Numbered from the stretch's first letter, positions 40,043-49,803 are shown. The stretch is 56,840 nt of DNA from Candidatus Heimdallarchaeota archaeon (GCA_019056785.1 DXJV01000030.1:1-56840); one strand, 5' to 3'. A program made the numbers and translations. Notes: a model not told the origin generated them from the sequence alone.

Positions 40043-41134
40043 TTAAACGTTGGATGTTTTTCGTGCGCCTTGAAAATCTATGTTGCACTGTAAAGCTTTT
40101 CCTCCTGCACGCTCAATTGCCTTGGCTACTGCCGCTTCTTTTCCAGGAGCAAATGCAACAATACAACCACCCAAACCAGCTCCAGTTAATTTTGCACCCA
40201 ATGCCCCGGCAGTCAACGCTTCCTTTACTAAGAGATCGAGTTTGGGAATAGAGACCCCTAAATATTCGGCCAATATAGTGTGCTGCTCTGTTAAGGCACG
40301 CCCTAAAAACTCGAGGTCATGATTTTTTTGTTTTTGAAGTTCTTTTATTGCTTGCTTCGTTATCTCGCGAATTTTCAAGATGCCATAGAGTTTTTGTCGT
40401 TCTATAGCTGTTAGTTGTTTGTTTTCTAAATGTTCAAAATTAAGCGTACGATATGATTGGACTTCCGGTGCGAGTTTTTTTAATCCCATTTGTAATTGTT
40501 GCTTTAAAAGTGTTAAGGGATTGTTCGCCTTTCGTCTAAGTTTGGAGTCACCTATCACCAAACCAGGAAAGTCAAACGCGAATTTGGTGAGAGAATAAGG
40601 CGGTTCTGAACAGTCTAAGGCAAAAATGCCCCCAAGAGAAGCAGCATATTGGTCCATTATTCCACAATTAATTTTTAAGAGATCATGTTCCGCAAGAAAG
40701 CACACATTGGCTATTTCTCGCTTAGTTAGGGATAATTCCAACTCGTAATTTAATGCTGTAAGCCAAGCGACGAGAAGGGCCGCAGAAGAGGATAAACCCG
40801 AACCGATAGGGATGTCGCTCTGAACGGTAACATCGAACCCAGGAAGCTTAGAGACCATTCCTTTTTGAAAAAGTGCAAGGATAATAGCGCGAAAGTAATC
40901 GAACTCATTATTTGCAAGAGTGATCTTGTTGTTTGGTAAAATGACATCTTTCTTATCAAGCTCTCGTGAATACAAGGAAATTTTATCACCATCTGTCTTT
41001 CTCATAGCAATTTGTGTTTGTAAACTAATTGCCGCGGGGACAACAGTGAGGTGGAGATAGTCTTGATGCTCGCCATAGAGACAGATGCGCCCTGGGGCAA
41101 CATAGCGATGCCACGAGCCGGTTTTTGGTTCCAC
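40043..41134 (-). CDS. GHMP kinase, galactokinase-like
   Basis: APGRICLYGEHQDY, PIGSGLSSSAA, CGIMDQ, GAKLTGAGLGGC. Confidence 0.92.
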   Translation of the reverse strand: MEPKTGSWHRYVAPGRICLYGEHQDYLHLTVVPAAISLQTQIAMRKTDGDKISLYSRELDKKDVILPNNKITLANNEFDYFRAIILALFQKGMVSKLPGFDVTVQSDIPIGSGLSSSAALLVAWLTALNYELELSLTKREIANVCFLAEHDLLKINCGIMDQYAASLGGIFALDCSEPPYSLTKFAFDFPGLVIGDSKLRRKANNPLTLLKQQLQMGLKKLAPEVQSYRTLNFEHLENKQLTAIERQKLYGILKIREITKQAIKELQKQKNHDLEFLGRALTEQHTILAEYLGVSIPKLDLLVKEALTAGALGAKLTGAGLGGCIVAFAPGKEAAVAKAIERAGGKALQCNIDFQGARKTSNV

Positions 41135-41309
41135 GATTATTCACACAAAGATTGACTTTTTTTCTCAAAATAAAATTATTGGCATTGTTTTCAAGAACGA
41201 AAACCCAGTCTTTTGCTTCAAGGGTATTATTTATTTAGCTATTCGAGATAAACATTAGTAGCTAGTTACTCTTGGTTATTGTATAATATTAAATAGGAGA
41301 TTTGAACAT

Positions 41310-41726
41310 ATGCTCGAACATGCGATCATTTTCTCGAAAGAATCCCAAAGTATCATTCTTACTTCTCTCTATGGTGAAGTCGATCCCAAAGCTGATGCTT
41401 TTAAAGATTCACTTGAGAAAATTCGGGAAATTGCAGTAAAACTCGAGAAAGGAGTCTTTAAGCTTGATCTTGCAAATAATGGGAAAACAATGATTGTCGC
41501 GATAAAGAATTTATCGATAGCCATTACTTTTAACAAGATAGCAAAAGAAGAGGTAATGAATTTTTGGGAAAGCGTGGCACTCGAAATTTTAAAGAGTTTT
41601 GATAAAATTTATGTCACAAAAGATCCTGCAAAAATTCTTGCCTTCAAAGATACCATGGATGAAATTATCCAATGGAATTTAAAAGAACAGTCCCCAATTG
41701 ACAAAATGAAAGAGGCATTCTGGTGA
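41310..41726 (+). CDS. small longin-like domain protein
   Basis: 138 aa with a b-b-a-b-b-b-a-a pattern (HAIIFSKES..IILTSLY..; EILKSFDKIY..FKDTMDEII); AGGAGA SD. Confidence 0.6.
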   Translation: MLEHAIIFSKESQSIILTSLYGEVDPKADAFKDSLEKIREIAVKLEKGVFKLDLANNGKTMIVAIKNLSIAITFNKIAKEEVMNFWESVALEILKSFDKIYVTKDPAKILAFKDTMDEIIQWNLKEQSPIDKMKEAFW

Positions 41727-41747
41727 AAAGGAAGGTGTACTACTAAA

Positions 41748-42563
41748 ATGGCTGAACTTGATATACCAACTATCCCAAACTTGCAATCATTAATAATGAT
41801 GGCCATTACGGCTTTTTCGGTATCAATAATTGTGATATTACTCTTTATCAAATATTTCCAAAGAAAAAGACTGCCGGCATTAACCCTTGCATTTACGTTC
41901 TTAATGTGGGATTTTGCTAGCCTGATAGTATTTATTTTTGGATTAATTCATTATTTAAACTATTCAACTCCACAAGTTGGAGTAATTCAGTATGCTCGCT
42001 ATGGGATCAACCTTGGCTATGCATTTTCTGCCCTAAGCAATGCATTAATGGTGCTCTTTGTTTCACAAATTTATAGTCAAGCACCAATCTTTCGCAAAAC
42101 AAAAAAGATTATCCCCATTGTGAATGGCTTATTGAATGGAGTTACGATTGGTTTTGTTGTAGACTCAATTATGCAGAGTTTTGTATTTACCGATGTGGTT
42201 TCTTACCTAAATCCTGCCTACTCTTTAAATCAGATCATTTACCATCTTGTTCTGACCTTCTTCTCATTCACTTTATTACTTAGCTTGAGTGCACGACAAC
42301 GAAGAAAAGCAACATTTCGCTGGGAAAAAGCAGGATTCAGCTTCATAGTTTATTCGGCGATTGCAGGTATTTTAGTGTATGTTTTCCTAGCATTAGATGA
42401 ATTAGCACAAACATTCATCCCACTCTTTAATGAGGGGTACACAATTTTCAATATAATTGGCTGGGCTTTTGGGATTTTACTCTGTATTTTAGCCTATTTT
42501 GGTTATGTGATGCCAAAATGGTTAAGAGACCGGTACAAAGAAAAAACTTTGGAGGTAAAATAA
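41748..42563 (+). CDS. seven-TM membrane protein (paralog 1)
   Basis: Seven hydrophobic helices ending AYFGYVMPKW; clear paralog of the next gene. Confidence 0.85.
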   Translation: MAELDIPTIPNLQSLIMMAITAFSVSIIVILLFIKYFQRKRLPALTLAFTFLMWDFASLIVFIFGLIHYLNYSTPQVGVIQYARYGINLGYAFSALSNALMVLFVSQIYSQAPIFRKTKKIIPIVNGLLNGVTIGFVVDSIMQSFVFTDVVSYLNPAYSLNQIIYHLVLTFFSFTLLLSLSARQRRKATFRWEKAGFSFIVYSAIAGILVYVFLALDELAQTFIPLFNEGYTIFNIIGWAFGILLCILAYFGYVMPKWLRDRYKEKTLEVK

Positions 42564-42564
42564 G

Positions 42565-43305
42565 ATGTCATTATACTTACCAGCAGCAATAGTAGAAACA
42601 TTTGTGTTCTTCTTTGCAACTTTCATTGTAATTATGCTCTTTAAGAAATATCGAGAACGGCGAAAGCCGGCAGCATTAGCATTAGCAACTGCCTTTACCT
42701 TCTGGGAGATAGCAATCATTTGTTTAATGGTTATGAGATACGTTACTTATGTAGCAGTTGACTTGCATCTGATCGATGATTCAATTAATTACGCCGGAAT
42801 AGGCATTAATCTTGGATATCTCTTTTCAGCGGTGAGCAACGTTTTAATTTTAACATTTGTAGCAATTGTTTTTTCACAATCGCCATTTTTCCGTTCGACA
42901 GGAATGTTCCTCCCCTTCAGCTTTGGGATATTAAATGGTGTAACTGTTGGCTTGCTCATTTCAAATCTTATCCGAAATCCTCTCACTCCAGAATACAGCA
43001 TGACAATCACTCTCTATCATGTTATGCTAACTTTTGTTTCATTCAGTGCTTTGATCATTTTCACTGTAAAACCACTTCGACAGGCAACATTTAAATGGGA
43101 AAAAGTTGGTTTCCGGTTTATCATTGGCTCAGGCGTTGTAGGCATTCTGATTTACGTGTCATTTGCAGTGGACAATATCATCCCAATCGATTATTCGGCA
43201 TTCTTCTACTTGGCATATGCCTTTGCAATTCTGATGCTAATATTTGCTTACATCGGCTATGTTATGCCCAATTTCATTCGAAAACGTTTACAAGAACCCA
43301 TGTAA
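42565..43305 (+). CDS. seven-TM membrane protein (paralog 2)
   Basis: Seven helices; shares PA..LA.[AT]F..W, GINLGY.FSA.SN, LNGVT.G, YH..LTF, ATF.WEK.GF and AY.GYVMP with paralog 1. Confidence 0.85.
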   Translation: MSLYLPAAIVETFVFFFATFIVIMLFKKYRERRKPAALALATAFTFWEIAIICLMVMRYVTYVAVDLHLIDDSINYAGIGINLGYLFSAVSNVLILTFVAIVFSQSPFFRSTGMFLPFSFGILNGVTVGLLISNLIRNPLTPEYSMTITLYHVMLTFVSFSALIIFTVKPLRQATFKWEKVGFRFIIGSGVVGILIYVSFAVDNIIPIDYSAFFYLAYAFAILMLIFAYIGYVMPNFIRKRLQEPM

Positions 43306-43327
43306 GGAAAAGAGCAATTTCTAAGAG

Positions 43328-43915
43328 TTAATTGCTGTTTTCCATTTCTTCTTTTACTTTTTCAAGTACTTTATTTGGCAGTAAATTTTCCTCGAGATTT
43401 GCAAGAATTTCTTGTAAAGTTTTCCCACGTTCAAGTTCTTCCTGAACATATGTATATGAGAATTCAAAGTATTCCCATGGATAAACAAGCCAATCTGTCG
43501 TTTCTAAAACATAAAAATCAGGTTTTATTGCGGACTTCGGCTTATAGTGAAGTGTTGCTGTTTTCAATGCCACAGGCTTTTTTCTCAATAAATACTCTTT
43601 AATGAAAGCTAAACTTGCGCCGGTATCAGCAACATCATCAATAACGAGAACTCTTTTCTTTGCCACATTTTCTATTAAATCTTGAGTGATACGCGGTTGT
43701 TTTGCTCGAGTGTTTATTCCTTTGTAAAATTCTACACCGATCACTCGAAGCATAGAAAGCCGAAGCATATCACTTAAAAATCTCCCAACAACCAAGCCGC
43801 CACGCGAGATGCAAATTAAAATATCTGGCGAAAACTTTGATTCATCTATTTTCTTCGCTAACTTTAAACAGTCATCCCAGATTTGTTCGAGTGTAAGCAC
43901 TTGGAATGCTACCAT
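43328..43915 (-). CDS. purine phosphoribosyltransferase (archaeal xanthine/guanine PRT-like)
   Basis: ISRGG, VLVIDDVADTGAS, WLVYPWE. Confidence 0.92.
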   Translation of the reverse strand: MVAFQVLTLEQIWDDCLKLAKKIDESKFSPDILICISRGGLVVGRFLSDMLRLSMLRVIGVEFYKGINTRAKQPRITQDLIENVAKKRVLVIDDVADTGASLAFIKEYLLRKKPVALKTATLHYKPKSAIKPDFYVLETTDWLVYPWEYFEFSYTYVQEELERGKTLQEILANLEENLLPNKVLEKVKEEMENSN

Positions 43916-44044
43916 TAATCATTCTATCCTTTTTTCTTATCATGAATGATAGTACCTAAGTTTATTTTACTTTTGGCACTTCTAAAACAGATTGCAATAA
44001 TTTTAAATCATTTTATCTATTTATTTGTTTAAGGGTGCCTAAGC

Positions 44045-44650
44045 TTGCAGATTGTGGATGATCATCAAGTTATTGTTTCATCAGTAAGATTACTTAAACC
44101 TCTCTCCTCCAAGCAAGTTACAACCATTATTTCAAATTTGACTCAAGAGCAAAAGCACCAAGAACCAGTGACCGTACTTTTGCTTCTCGATAAAGATGCT
44201 GTTGCCGGTATGCTTCATCTTAAAGCATGTATTCATTTTGCTTTACGCTCCTTTACCCAGCAAACAAACATTGCGAAAAAAATCGATGCTGAAATTATGT
44301 TGTATTTGGCCGGCGTTAGACAGATAAACAAAGCAATTCTTTTAGTAGGCATTTCTGAAAAAACCCACGAGTTATTATTAGTTCAGCTTTTAGCTAAAAC
44401 CCTGCGTAAAAAAGACAGCACACCCACCTTTGACTTTGGACAATTCCTAACGGCACTCAAGATTCCTTTTGAAAATTACCAAAACAATATTGATAATTTT
44501 CACCCTCAAGATTATACCCGTTTATTAGCAATCCATCATCTGGATGATGCATTGATAGATCTGTTTTCACCTCAAACTGCTAACGAGCGAAAAGTTACAA
44601 TTGAAAAATTGGTTGTTGAAAAATCAGCGCTGTTGGAATTACAAAAATAA
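44045..44650 (+). CDS. cgi121: KEOPS complex subunit Cgi121
   Basis: HL...I.FALRSF..NIAK.IDAEIMLYLAGVRQINKAI..VG; C-terminal VVEKSALL. Confidence 0.85.
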   Translation: MQIVDDHQVIVSSVRLLKPLSSKQVTTIISNLTQEQKHQEPVTVLLLLDKDAVAGMLHLKACIHFALRSFTQQTNIAKKIDAEIMLYLAGVRQINKAILLVGISEKTHELLLVQLLAKTLRKKDSTPTFDFGQFLTALKIPFENYQNNIDNFHPQDYTRLLAIHHLDDALIDLFSPQTANERKVTIEKLVVEKSALLELQK

Positions 44651-44653
44651 CAC

Positions 44654-45238
44654 TTATTGTTCTGCAAAAGTAAAAACAGGGTTTTCATTGTAAACACCAA
44701 CTCCACACCATTCACCAATTATTTCTACGACAAGATACCATTTTGGATGCTGTAATGAAACTTTACCTTTCGGAGCTTTTGGATGAGAAGCTATAGTATT
44801 AATAAGTTCATTTCGTGCGATGGTTGTGTGTCGCTTATTTAAGCTGATACGCCAAGTATCACTTTCAGGTATTAACTCCATTTTCGGGACAAGTGCTTGG
44901 ATTATCTCTTCAGGATCGCTTTTAACGATCTGCTCAATTGCTGTTGCTCGTCGGCAATATTTGAATTGGAAAACTTTTGTTTTTATTGTTTCGTCGACTT
45001 TTTTCAGGGTGGTAATTGGTTCTTCAGTAATTACCACAAGGAAGAGACCCCGTATTGGCAATTGAAAAACTTCAACAGGAGTTATCCGGCAATATTTTAT
45101 CAACACATGCCAAAATTCACTCATCGCATCTTGCTCTTTTGAAGAGTCACAACCAACCAATAAAAAGTTTCCAGGTTGTGAGACAATTTCGTTGAAATTC
45201 AAGTTAATCAACTCGTAAAATCTTGTTCTTGATTCCAA
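44654..45238 (-). CDS. THUMP domain protein (Tan1-like)
   Basis: NFLLVGC..EQDA.SE, TWRISLNKRH, VSLQHPKWYLVVEIIGEWCGV. Confidence 0.85.
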   Translation of the reverse strand: MESRTRFYELINLNFNEIVSQPGNFLLVGCDSSKEQDAMSEFWHVLIKYCRITPVEVFQLPIRGLFLVVITEEPITTLKKVDETIKTKVFQFKYCRRATAIEQIVKSDPEEIIQALVPKMELIPESDTWRISLNKRHTTIARNELINTIASHPKAPKGKVSLQHPKWYLVVEIIGEWCGVGVYNENPVFTFAEQ

Positions 45239-45311
45239 TTCAAGAAAGTATATTTTTATATTTATAAGTTTATTACCTCTATCATTATAGGATAAGGATG
45301 CGTATAGAATA

Positions 45312-46541
45312 ATGTCTCAAGAAAAGCAAGAGCAAAAGCCAACAGAAAAAAAAACATCCCGGAAAGAAACCATTAAAGAAGTTATCGAAATTGCATTGTT
45401 TTTAGGTTTGGCAATTTTACTTGTCTTTAGTTTTAATTGGATTTTAGCTGCAGCCCTTCATACTGACACGCCCCTTGTGGTGGTAACAAGTGAATCTATG
45501 GAACCAACGTACTATGGCTCAAACCGAGGGAATTTTGGAGGAACAAATGATATCAGAAAAGATATGTTAATTGTTCGAGGGGTTGCACCTTCTGAAATAA
45601 AAGCAGGTGACACCATTGTCTTCTATCGGCAAAATCTAACTGATCCGACAGAACTAGATTATGAAAGTGAGCCCATCGTTCATCGTGTCAATCGAGTGTA
45701 TCAAGATAATGTTACAGGTGAGTATTGGTTTACTACAAAAGGTGACAATCCCGACACAAATGATGAATTTGTAACGGGTGGGGGGATTAATGAATTAACT
45801 ATCCATCAAAGTCGAGTGATTGGAAAAGTTGTTGGAAGAATTCCTTATCTTGGAGGGATTATCAGTTATTTCAAAACACCCACCGGCAGGATAGTGCTTT
45901 TTGTTATTATCGGGGTGATTTTACTAGGAACATGGGTTTTTAGCTCTTTTGGTGGGAAGAAAGAAAAAGAGAAAGATATTTTCAGTGAAGAGGAGGAAGA
46001 GGAAAAAGATAAGAGCTTGGAAGAAAAAGCATCTGCTGAAGATAAAACATTTTACGACCGCTTGAAAAGCTTCTATCGAAAGACAGCCAAGCATAAAAAC
46101 ATCCTTATTCCAGCCTTAATTCTTACAATAATTGTCTTCATTCCTATTGTTGACACCCTTGCAGCTGATTGGAATGCCCCCTTTGGTATTGAAAATGTTG
46201 TCTTTGATGGCGCTAAACAATACACACTTCATGATGCTGATTATCTCTTTCTTTTTGCAGATGTCTATTTGAGCTGCCCAGGCCACTGGCATCAACAGCT
46301 CAGATTCTTTGAGCTCCAAATTTCAAACACCACTACCGGTGAAATCTTAGGCGCTAATAATTGGTCTGTCGTCTACAATTTTGAGGGAACAAAGAGAGTT
46401 AGCTCAGGCGCATGGATTGATCCGGCAGATGTGACAATTGGTGAGAATTACACTATTACTGTCACCGCTTTTCTGAGCACAAAATTCGGTAAAACTTGGA
46501 CAGATGTTTTTACCACGACATTCCTCCTTGTGTTGAGATAG
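45312..46541 (+). CDS. signal peptidase I, Sec11/S26B type, with C-terminal extension
   Basis: VVTSESMEP (Ser), PIVHRV (His), TKGDN, GRIPYLG; extra TM and beta-rich domain after the core. Confidence 0.9.
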   Translation: MSQEKQEQKPTEKKTSRKETIKEVIEIALFLGLAILLVFSFNWILAAALHTDTPLVVVTSESMEPTYYGSNRGNFGGTNDIRKDMLIVRGVAPSEIKAGDTIVFYRQNLTDPTELDYESEPIVHRVNRVYQDNVTGEYWFTTKGDNPDTNDEFVTGGGINELTIHQSRVIGKVVGRIPYLGGIISYFKTPTGRIVLFVIIGVILLGTWVFSSFGGKKEKEKDIFSEEEEEEKDKSLEEKASAEDKTFYDRLKSFYRKTAKHKNILIPALILTIIVFIPIVDTLAADWNAPFGIENVVFDGAKQYTLHDADYLFLFADVYLSCPGHWHQQLRFFELQISNTTTGEILGANNWSVVYNFEGTKRVSSGAWIDPADVTIGENYTITVTAFLSTKFGKTWTDVFTTTFLLVLR

Positions 46542-47357
46542 ATGACGAAAAAAAAAGATTTGGAAGAGAAATACCAGCAATTACAAGAATTACTACTCTC
46601 TTTCGGGAAAGTCATAGTGGCTTTTTCGGGGGGAGTAGATAGCACTTTTTTAACTGTTGTAGCTCATCGTCTTTTAGGCAAGAATGCTATAGCAATAACC
46701 ATTGCTTCTCCATTAATCCCCTCTGAGGAATTGGCCCAAGCAAAAAACCTCGCTAAAAAAATCGGCATTTCACATAAGATCATTACCAAAGATATTGACG
46801 ATCATTTCAAGTGGTTCGAAACTAACCCGCCAAATCGGTGCTATCTTTGTAAAAAATCTTCACTACAATTAATCATCAATTATTGTAAGGAGAATAAGTA
46901 TGAAGGAGTAATTATTGAGGGCTCCAATTTTAGCGACCTAGATGATTACCGGCCAGGAATGAAAGCCGTTCAAGAGCTCCAGGGAAGAAGCCCCTTGCTA
47001 GAAGTGGGGTTAACAAAAAAAGAAATTCGAGTATTAGCAAAAGAAAATGGCATTCCAGTCTGGGACAAACCTTCATCCCCTTGTCTTGCCACCCGATTCC
47101 CTTTCGGAGAAAAGATTACTCAGGAAAAATTGGCTGCCGTTTTCCAAGGGGAGGAGTACTTAAAATCCTTAGGCTTCAAGCAAGTTCGCCTCCGCATGCA
47201 TGGGCAACTTGCTAGAATAGAGGTAGATAAAAAGCAAATACGAGAGTTAGCTATAAAAGCCCCTGCAGTTTCAGAGAAATTAAAAGTGCTGGGATTTAAA
47301 TTTATAACAATAGATTTAGAAGGATATAAAAGAGGCTCTATGAATATAAGCGATTAG
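46542..47357 (+). CDS. larE: ATP-dependent sulfur insertase LarE
   Basis: AFSGGVDS PP-loop, RCYLCK, DDYRPG, KPSSPCLATR, QVRLR.HG. Confidence 0.93.
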   Translation: MTKKKDLEEKYQQLQELLLSFGKVIVAFSGGVDSTFLTVVAHRLLGKNAIAITIASPLIPSEELAQAKNLAKKIGISHKIITKDIDDHFKWFETNPPNRCYLCKKSSLQLIINYCKENKYEGVIIEGSNFSDLDDYRPGMKAVQELQGRSPLLEVGLTKKEIRVLAKENGIPVWDKPSSPCLATRFPFGEKITQEKLAAVFQGEEYLKSLGFKQVRLRMHGQLARIEVDKKQIRELAIKAPAVSEKLKVLGFKFITIDLEGYKRGSMNISD

Positions 47358-47393
47358 AAAAAAAGCTAAAAAAGAGCTTTTGAGGCCCCCTAA

Positions 47394-48170
47394 ATGGATG
47401 AACATTATCTAAAAGAACTACTCTTAAGGTTTAAAGAGGGCAGACTAACACTTGAAAAGGTCTTGCAACAATTGAAGGACCTCCCCTTCGAGGACCTTGG
47501 TTACGCAAAGATTGACCACCATAGAGCACTTCGAAAAGGTTTCCCGGAAGTTGTTTATTGCCCTGGAAAAACAATAGAACAAATCAAAACCATCTTTTCT
47601 TCTTTAAATGAAAAGAACAAAAACATCCTCCTTACACGAGCTTCTAAGAGCATCTATACCGAACTTAAAAAAATCGACCCTCAATTACAATTTAATGCCC
47701 AAGCAAAAATAATCTATATCGAAAAGAAACCACGAATAAAAGTTGGGAAGGTATTAATCATCTGTGGCGGTACAGCAGATATCCCTATTGCCGAAGAAGC
47801 TGCTCTAACTGCGGAATTAATGGGTGCAAATGTTGAACGTATTTTTGATGTTGGAGTTGCTGGCATTCATCGTTTGTTGAATTATAAAGAACAGATCTTT
47901 GAAGCAAATGTTATCGTTGCCATTGCAGGGATGGAAGGCGCGCTTGCTTCCGTTATCGCCGGCTTGGCAGCATGCCCGATTATTGCCATTCCCACCTCTG
48001 TTGGCTATGGCGCGAACTTCCACGGAATTTCGGCTTTATTAACAATGCTCAATAGTTGTGCTCCGAATGTTGCAGTTGTAAATATAGATAATGGTTTTGG
48101 AGGGGGTTTAATGGCAGCATTAATTAACAAGCAACGAGAACAACTAATAGAAAAACAGAAAAAAGAATGA
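47394..48170 (+). CDS. larB: nickel-pincer cofactor biosynthesis carboxylase LarB
   Basis: IDHHR..RKGFPEVV, GTADIP.AEEA, DVGVAGIHRL, PTSVGYG, VNIDNGFG. Confidence 0.95.
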   Translation: MDEHYLKELLLRFKEGRLTLEKVLQQLKDLPFEDLGYAKIDHHRALRKGFPEVVYCPGKTIEQIKTIFSSLNEKNKNILLTRASKSIYTELKKIDPQLQFNAQAKIIYIEKKPRIKVGKVLIICGGTADIPIAEEAALTAELMGANVERIFDVGVAGIHRLLNYKEQIFEANVIVAIAGMEGALASVIAGLAACPIIAIPTSVGYGANFHGISALLTMLNSCAPNVAVVNIDNGFGGGLMAALINKQREQLIEKQKKE

Positions 48171-48248
48171 TTGTTAATTTGAAATTGTTTATATTGGAAA
48201 AGAAATTATTATAATGTAGAATTAAAACAATTGATAGGTGTTACTAAA

Positions 48249-48482
48249 ATGATAATCAGGGTTGTATCAGCCATCGGCGGCGGAGTAATAGATGTCGAAG
48301 TAAAACCAAACGCAACAGTCTCTGAATTGAAAAGAGAGATCTCACGCCAGAAGCGAATTCCTGCAAGTGCAGTTATTGTTGTGTATCGAGGTAGACAATT
48401 AGATGATAATGAAACTTTTGAAGAGGTAGGTTTAACGGACTATGAGAAGGTCTATTTGATCGCTCGCACTGAAGGTGGATGA
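48249..48482 (+). CDS. ubiquitin-like protein with C-terminal diglycine
   Basis: 77 aa beta-grasp pattern (TVSELKREI..IP..VYRGRQLDDNET) ending RTEGG; AGGTG SD before ATG 48249. Confidence 0.9.
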   Translation: MIIRVVSAIGGGVIDVEVKPNATVSELKREISRQKRIPASAVIVVYRGRQLDDNETFEEVGLTDYEKVYLIARTEGG

Positions 48483-48660
48483 ACCACCTCTAATTTTTTC
48501 CTTTCTCTTCCTGTAATTACTTTTCTACACATTTTATAATGAGTGCAGTTCAAATCAATGACTCAGATAAGAAAAAATGCACCTTTTTTTTCTATTTCTA
48601 TCACTTATGCCGTAAAAGCAACTTTTTAATTGTTTCTTGAGAAAAAAAGGTTAAACTATA

Positions 48661-49803
48661 ATGGTGATAGATTTGTTTGCAAAAGTCAAGAAATTATGGA
48701 GAAGACGAAAGGCAATTTCACCCGTAATTGCAACCATTTTGCTCATTGCGTTGACTGTTACTGCTGCTGCGATTGTTTACTTTGTTGTTGTACCTTTACT
48801 CAGAGGTAAAGGTGAGCTTGTGATCTTTGGCTATGAACTTGAAGACACCGATGCAACCTATTATGCGGATAAAATCACAACAGACATTCAAAATATTGGC
48901 ACTGCAGAAGTTACCATTTCAAGTGTTTCCATCACGAAAGATGGCGAGGCAATATCCTGGGCATTAGCAGAAGAAACATATGTTATTGGTAGTAGTGAAC
49001 GCCGAGATATTGTCTTTGAAGCAGCAAGTGCAGCTGATGAACTCGGATCTGGAGAGCTGATCTATGTAACACTTGCTTATGACAATGGTAAGGAAATTAG
49101 TTTTGAATTCAAGGTTCCAGGAAAATTCAGCCGTTTCGTTTTACTTTACGAAGAGGATTTTGAAAGTGGCCTACCATCCGGTTGGACACACACTTTGTTC
49201 TATATCCACGGAGGAGGGTATCACAACCTTTCTGATTGGGTTCTTGCAGAAGAGTCCGGAAATCATTATTGGCATTGTACAAGCAATGACTGTCAATTTA
49301 TTATTTTAGAGGATCCGCTTCGAAACTTTGCGAGTGTGAATATCTCCTACGACCTTAGAACAAATGATGATGATGCCAATGGAATTATCTTCCGATACGA
49401 CGATTCAGGTGAATATGCAAAATTCTACATTGTCTGGTACACTCGCGACCATCCAAGCCCGAGAAATGGACCCTTTACTGGGGAAACAGACTATTTCGAT
49501 TGGGCAACAGCAAGCGACCAGATTCAACCTGATAAAATAACTGTTCACTATGTTGAAGAAGATGCTGATGGCTGGAATTGGTACAAGATAGCTGAAGTTG
49601 ATTGGAATCGAGTTAATAATCGATGGTACTCATGGCGTGTTATTGCTGATGGGGCAAATATGGGACTTTATATTGACAATTCTGACACACCCACTCTCGA
49701 GTGGACTGATGGGCGCATTTCTACCGGTTATGTTGGATTAATTAGTTTTGCCAATGCCAACTCACATTACGACAACATTTATGCTTGGGTTACAGAAAGC
49801 TAA
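48661..49803 (+). CDS. archaeal type IV pilin-like protein with C-terminal ConA/thrombospondin-C-like lectin domain
   Basis: Class III signal RRRKA/ISPVIATILLIA; QNIGT pilin motif; Trp/Asp-rich beta domain with DDDANGIIFRY and GYVGL..YDNI. Confidence 0.82.
   Translation: MVIDLFAKVKKLWRRRKAISPVIATILLIALTVTAAAIVYFVVVPLLRGKGELVIFGYELEDTDATYYADKITTDIQNIGTAEVTISSVSITKDGEAISWALAEETYVIGSSERRDIVFEAASAADELGSGELIYVTLAYDNGKEISFEFKVPGKFSRFVLLYEEDFESGLPSGWTHTLFYIHGGGYHNLSDWVLAEESGNHYWHCTSNDCQFIILEDPLRNFASVNISYDLRTNDDDANGIIFRYDDSGEYAKFYIVWYTRDHPSPRNGPFTGETDYFDWATASDQIQPDKITVHYVEEDADGWNWYKIAEVDWNRVNNRWYSWRVIADGANMGLYIDNSDTPTLEWTDGRISTGYVGLISFANANSHYDNIYAWVTES

Noticed and set aside
41748-43305. 7TM proteins as rhodopsins or true GPCRs
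   Set aside because: No retinal-binding Lys in helix 7 and no DRY/NPxxY motifs; only the 7TM topology is supported.
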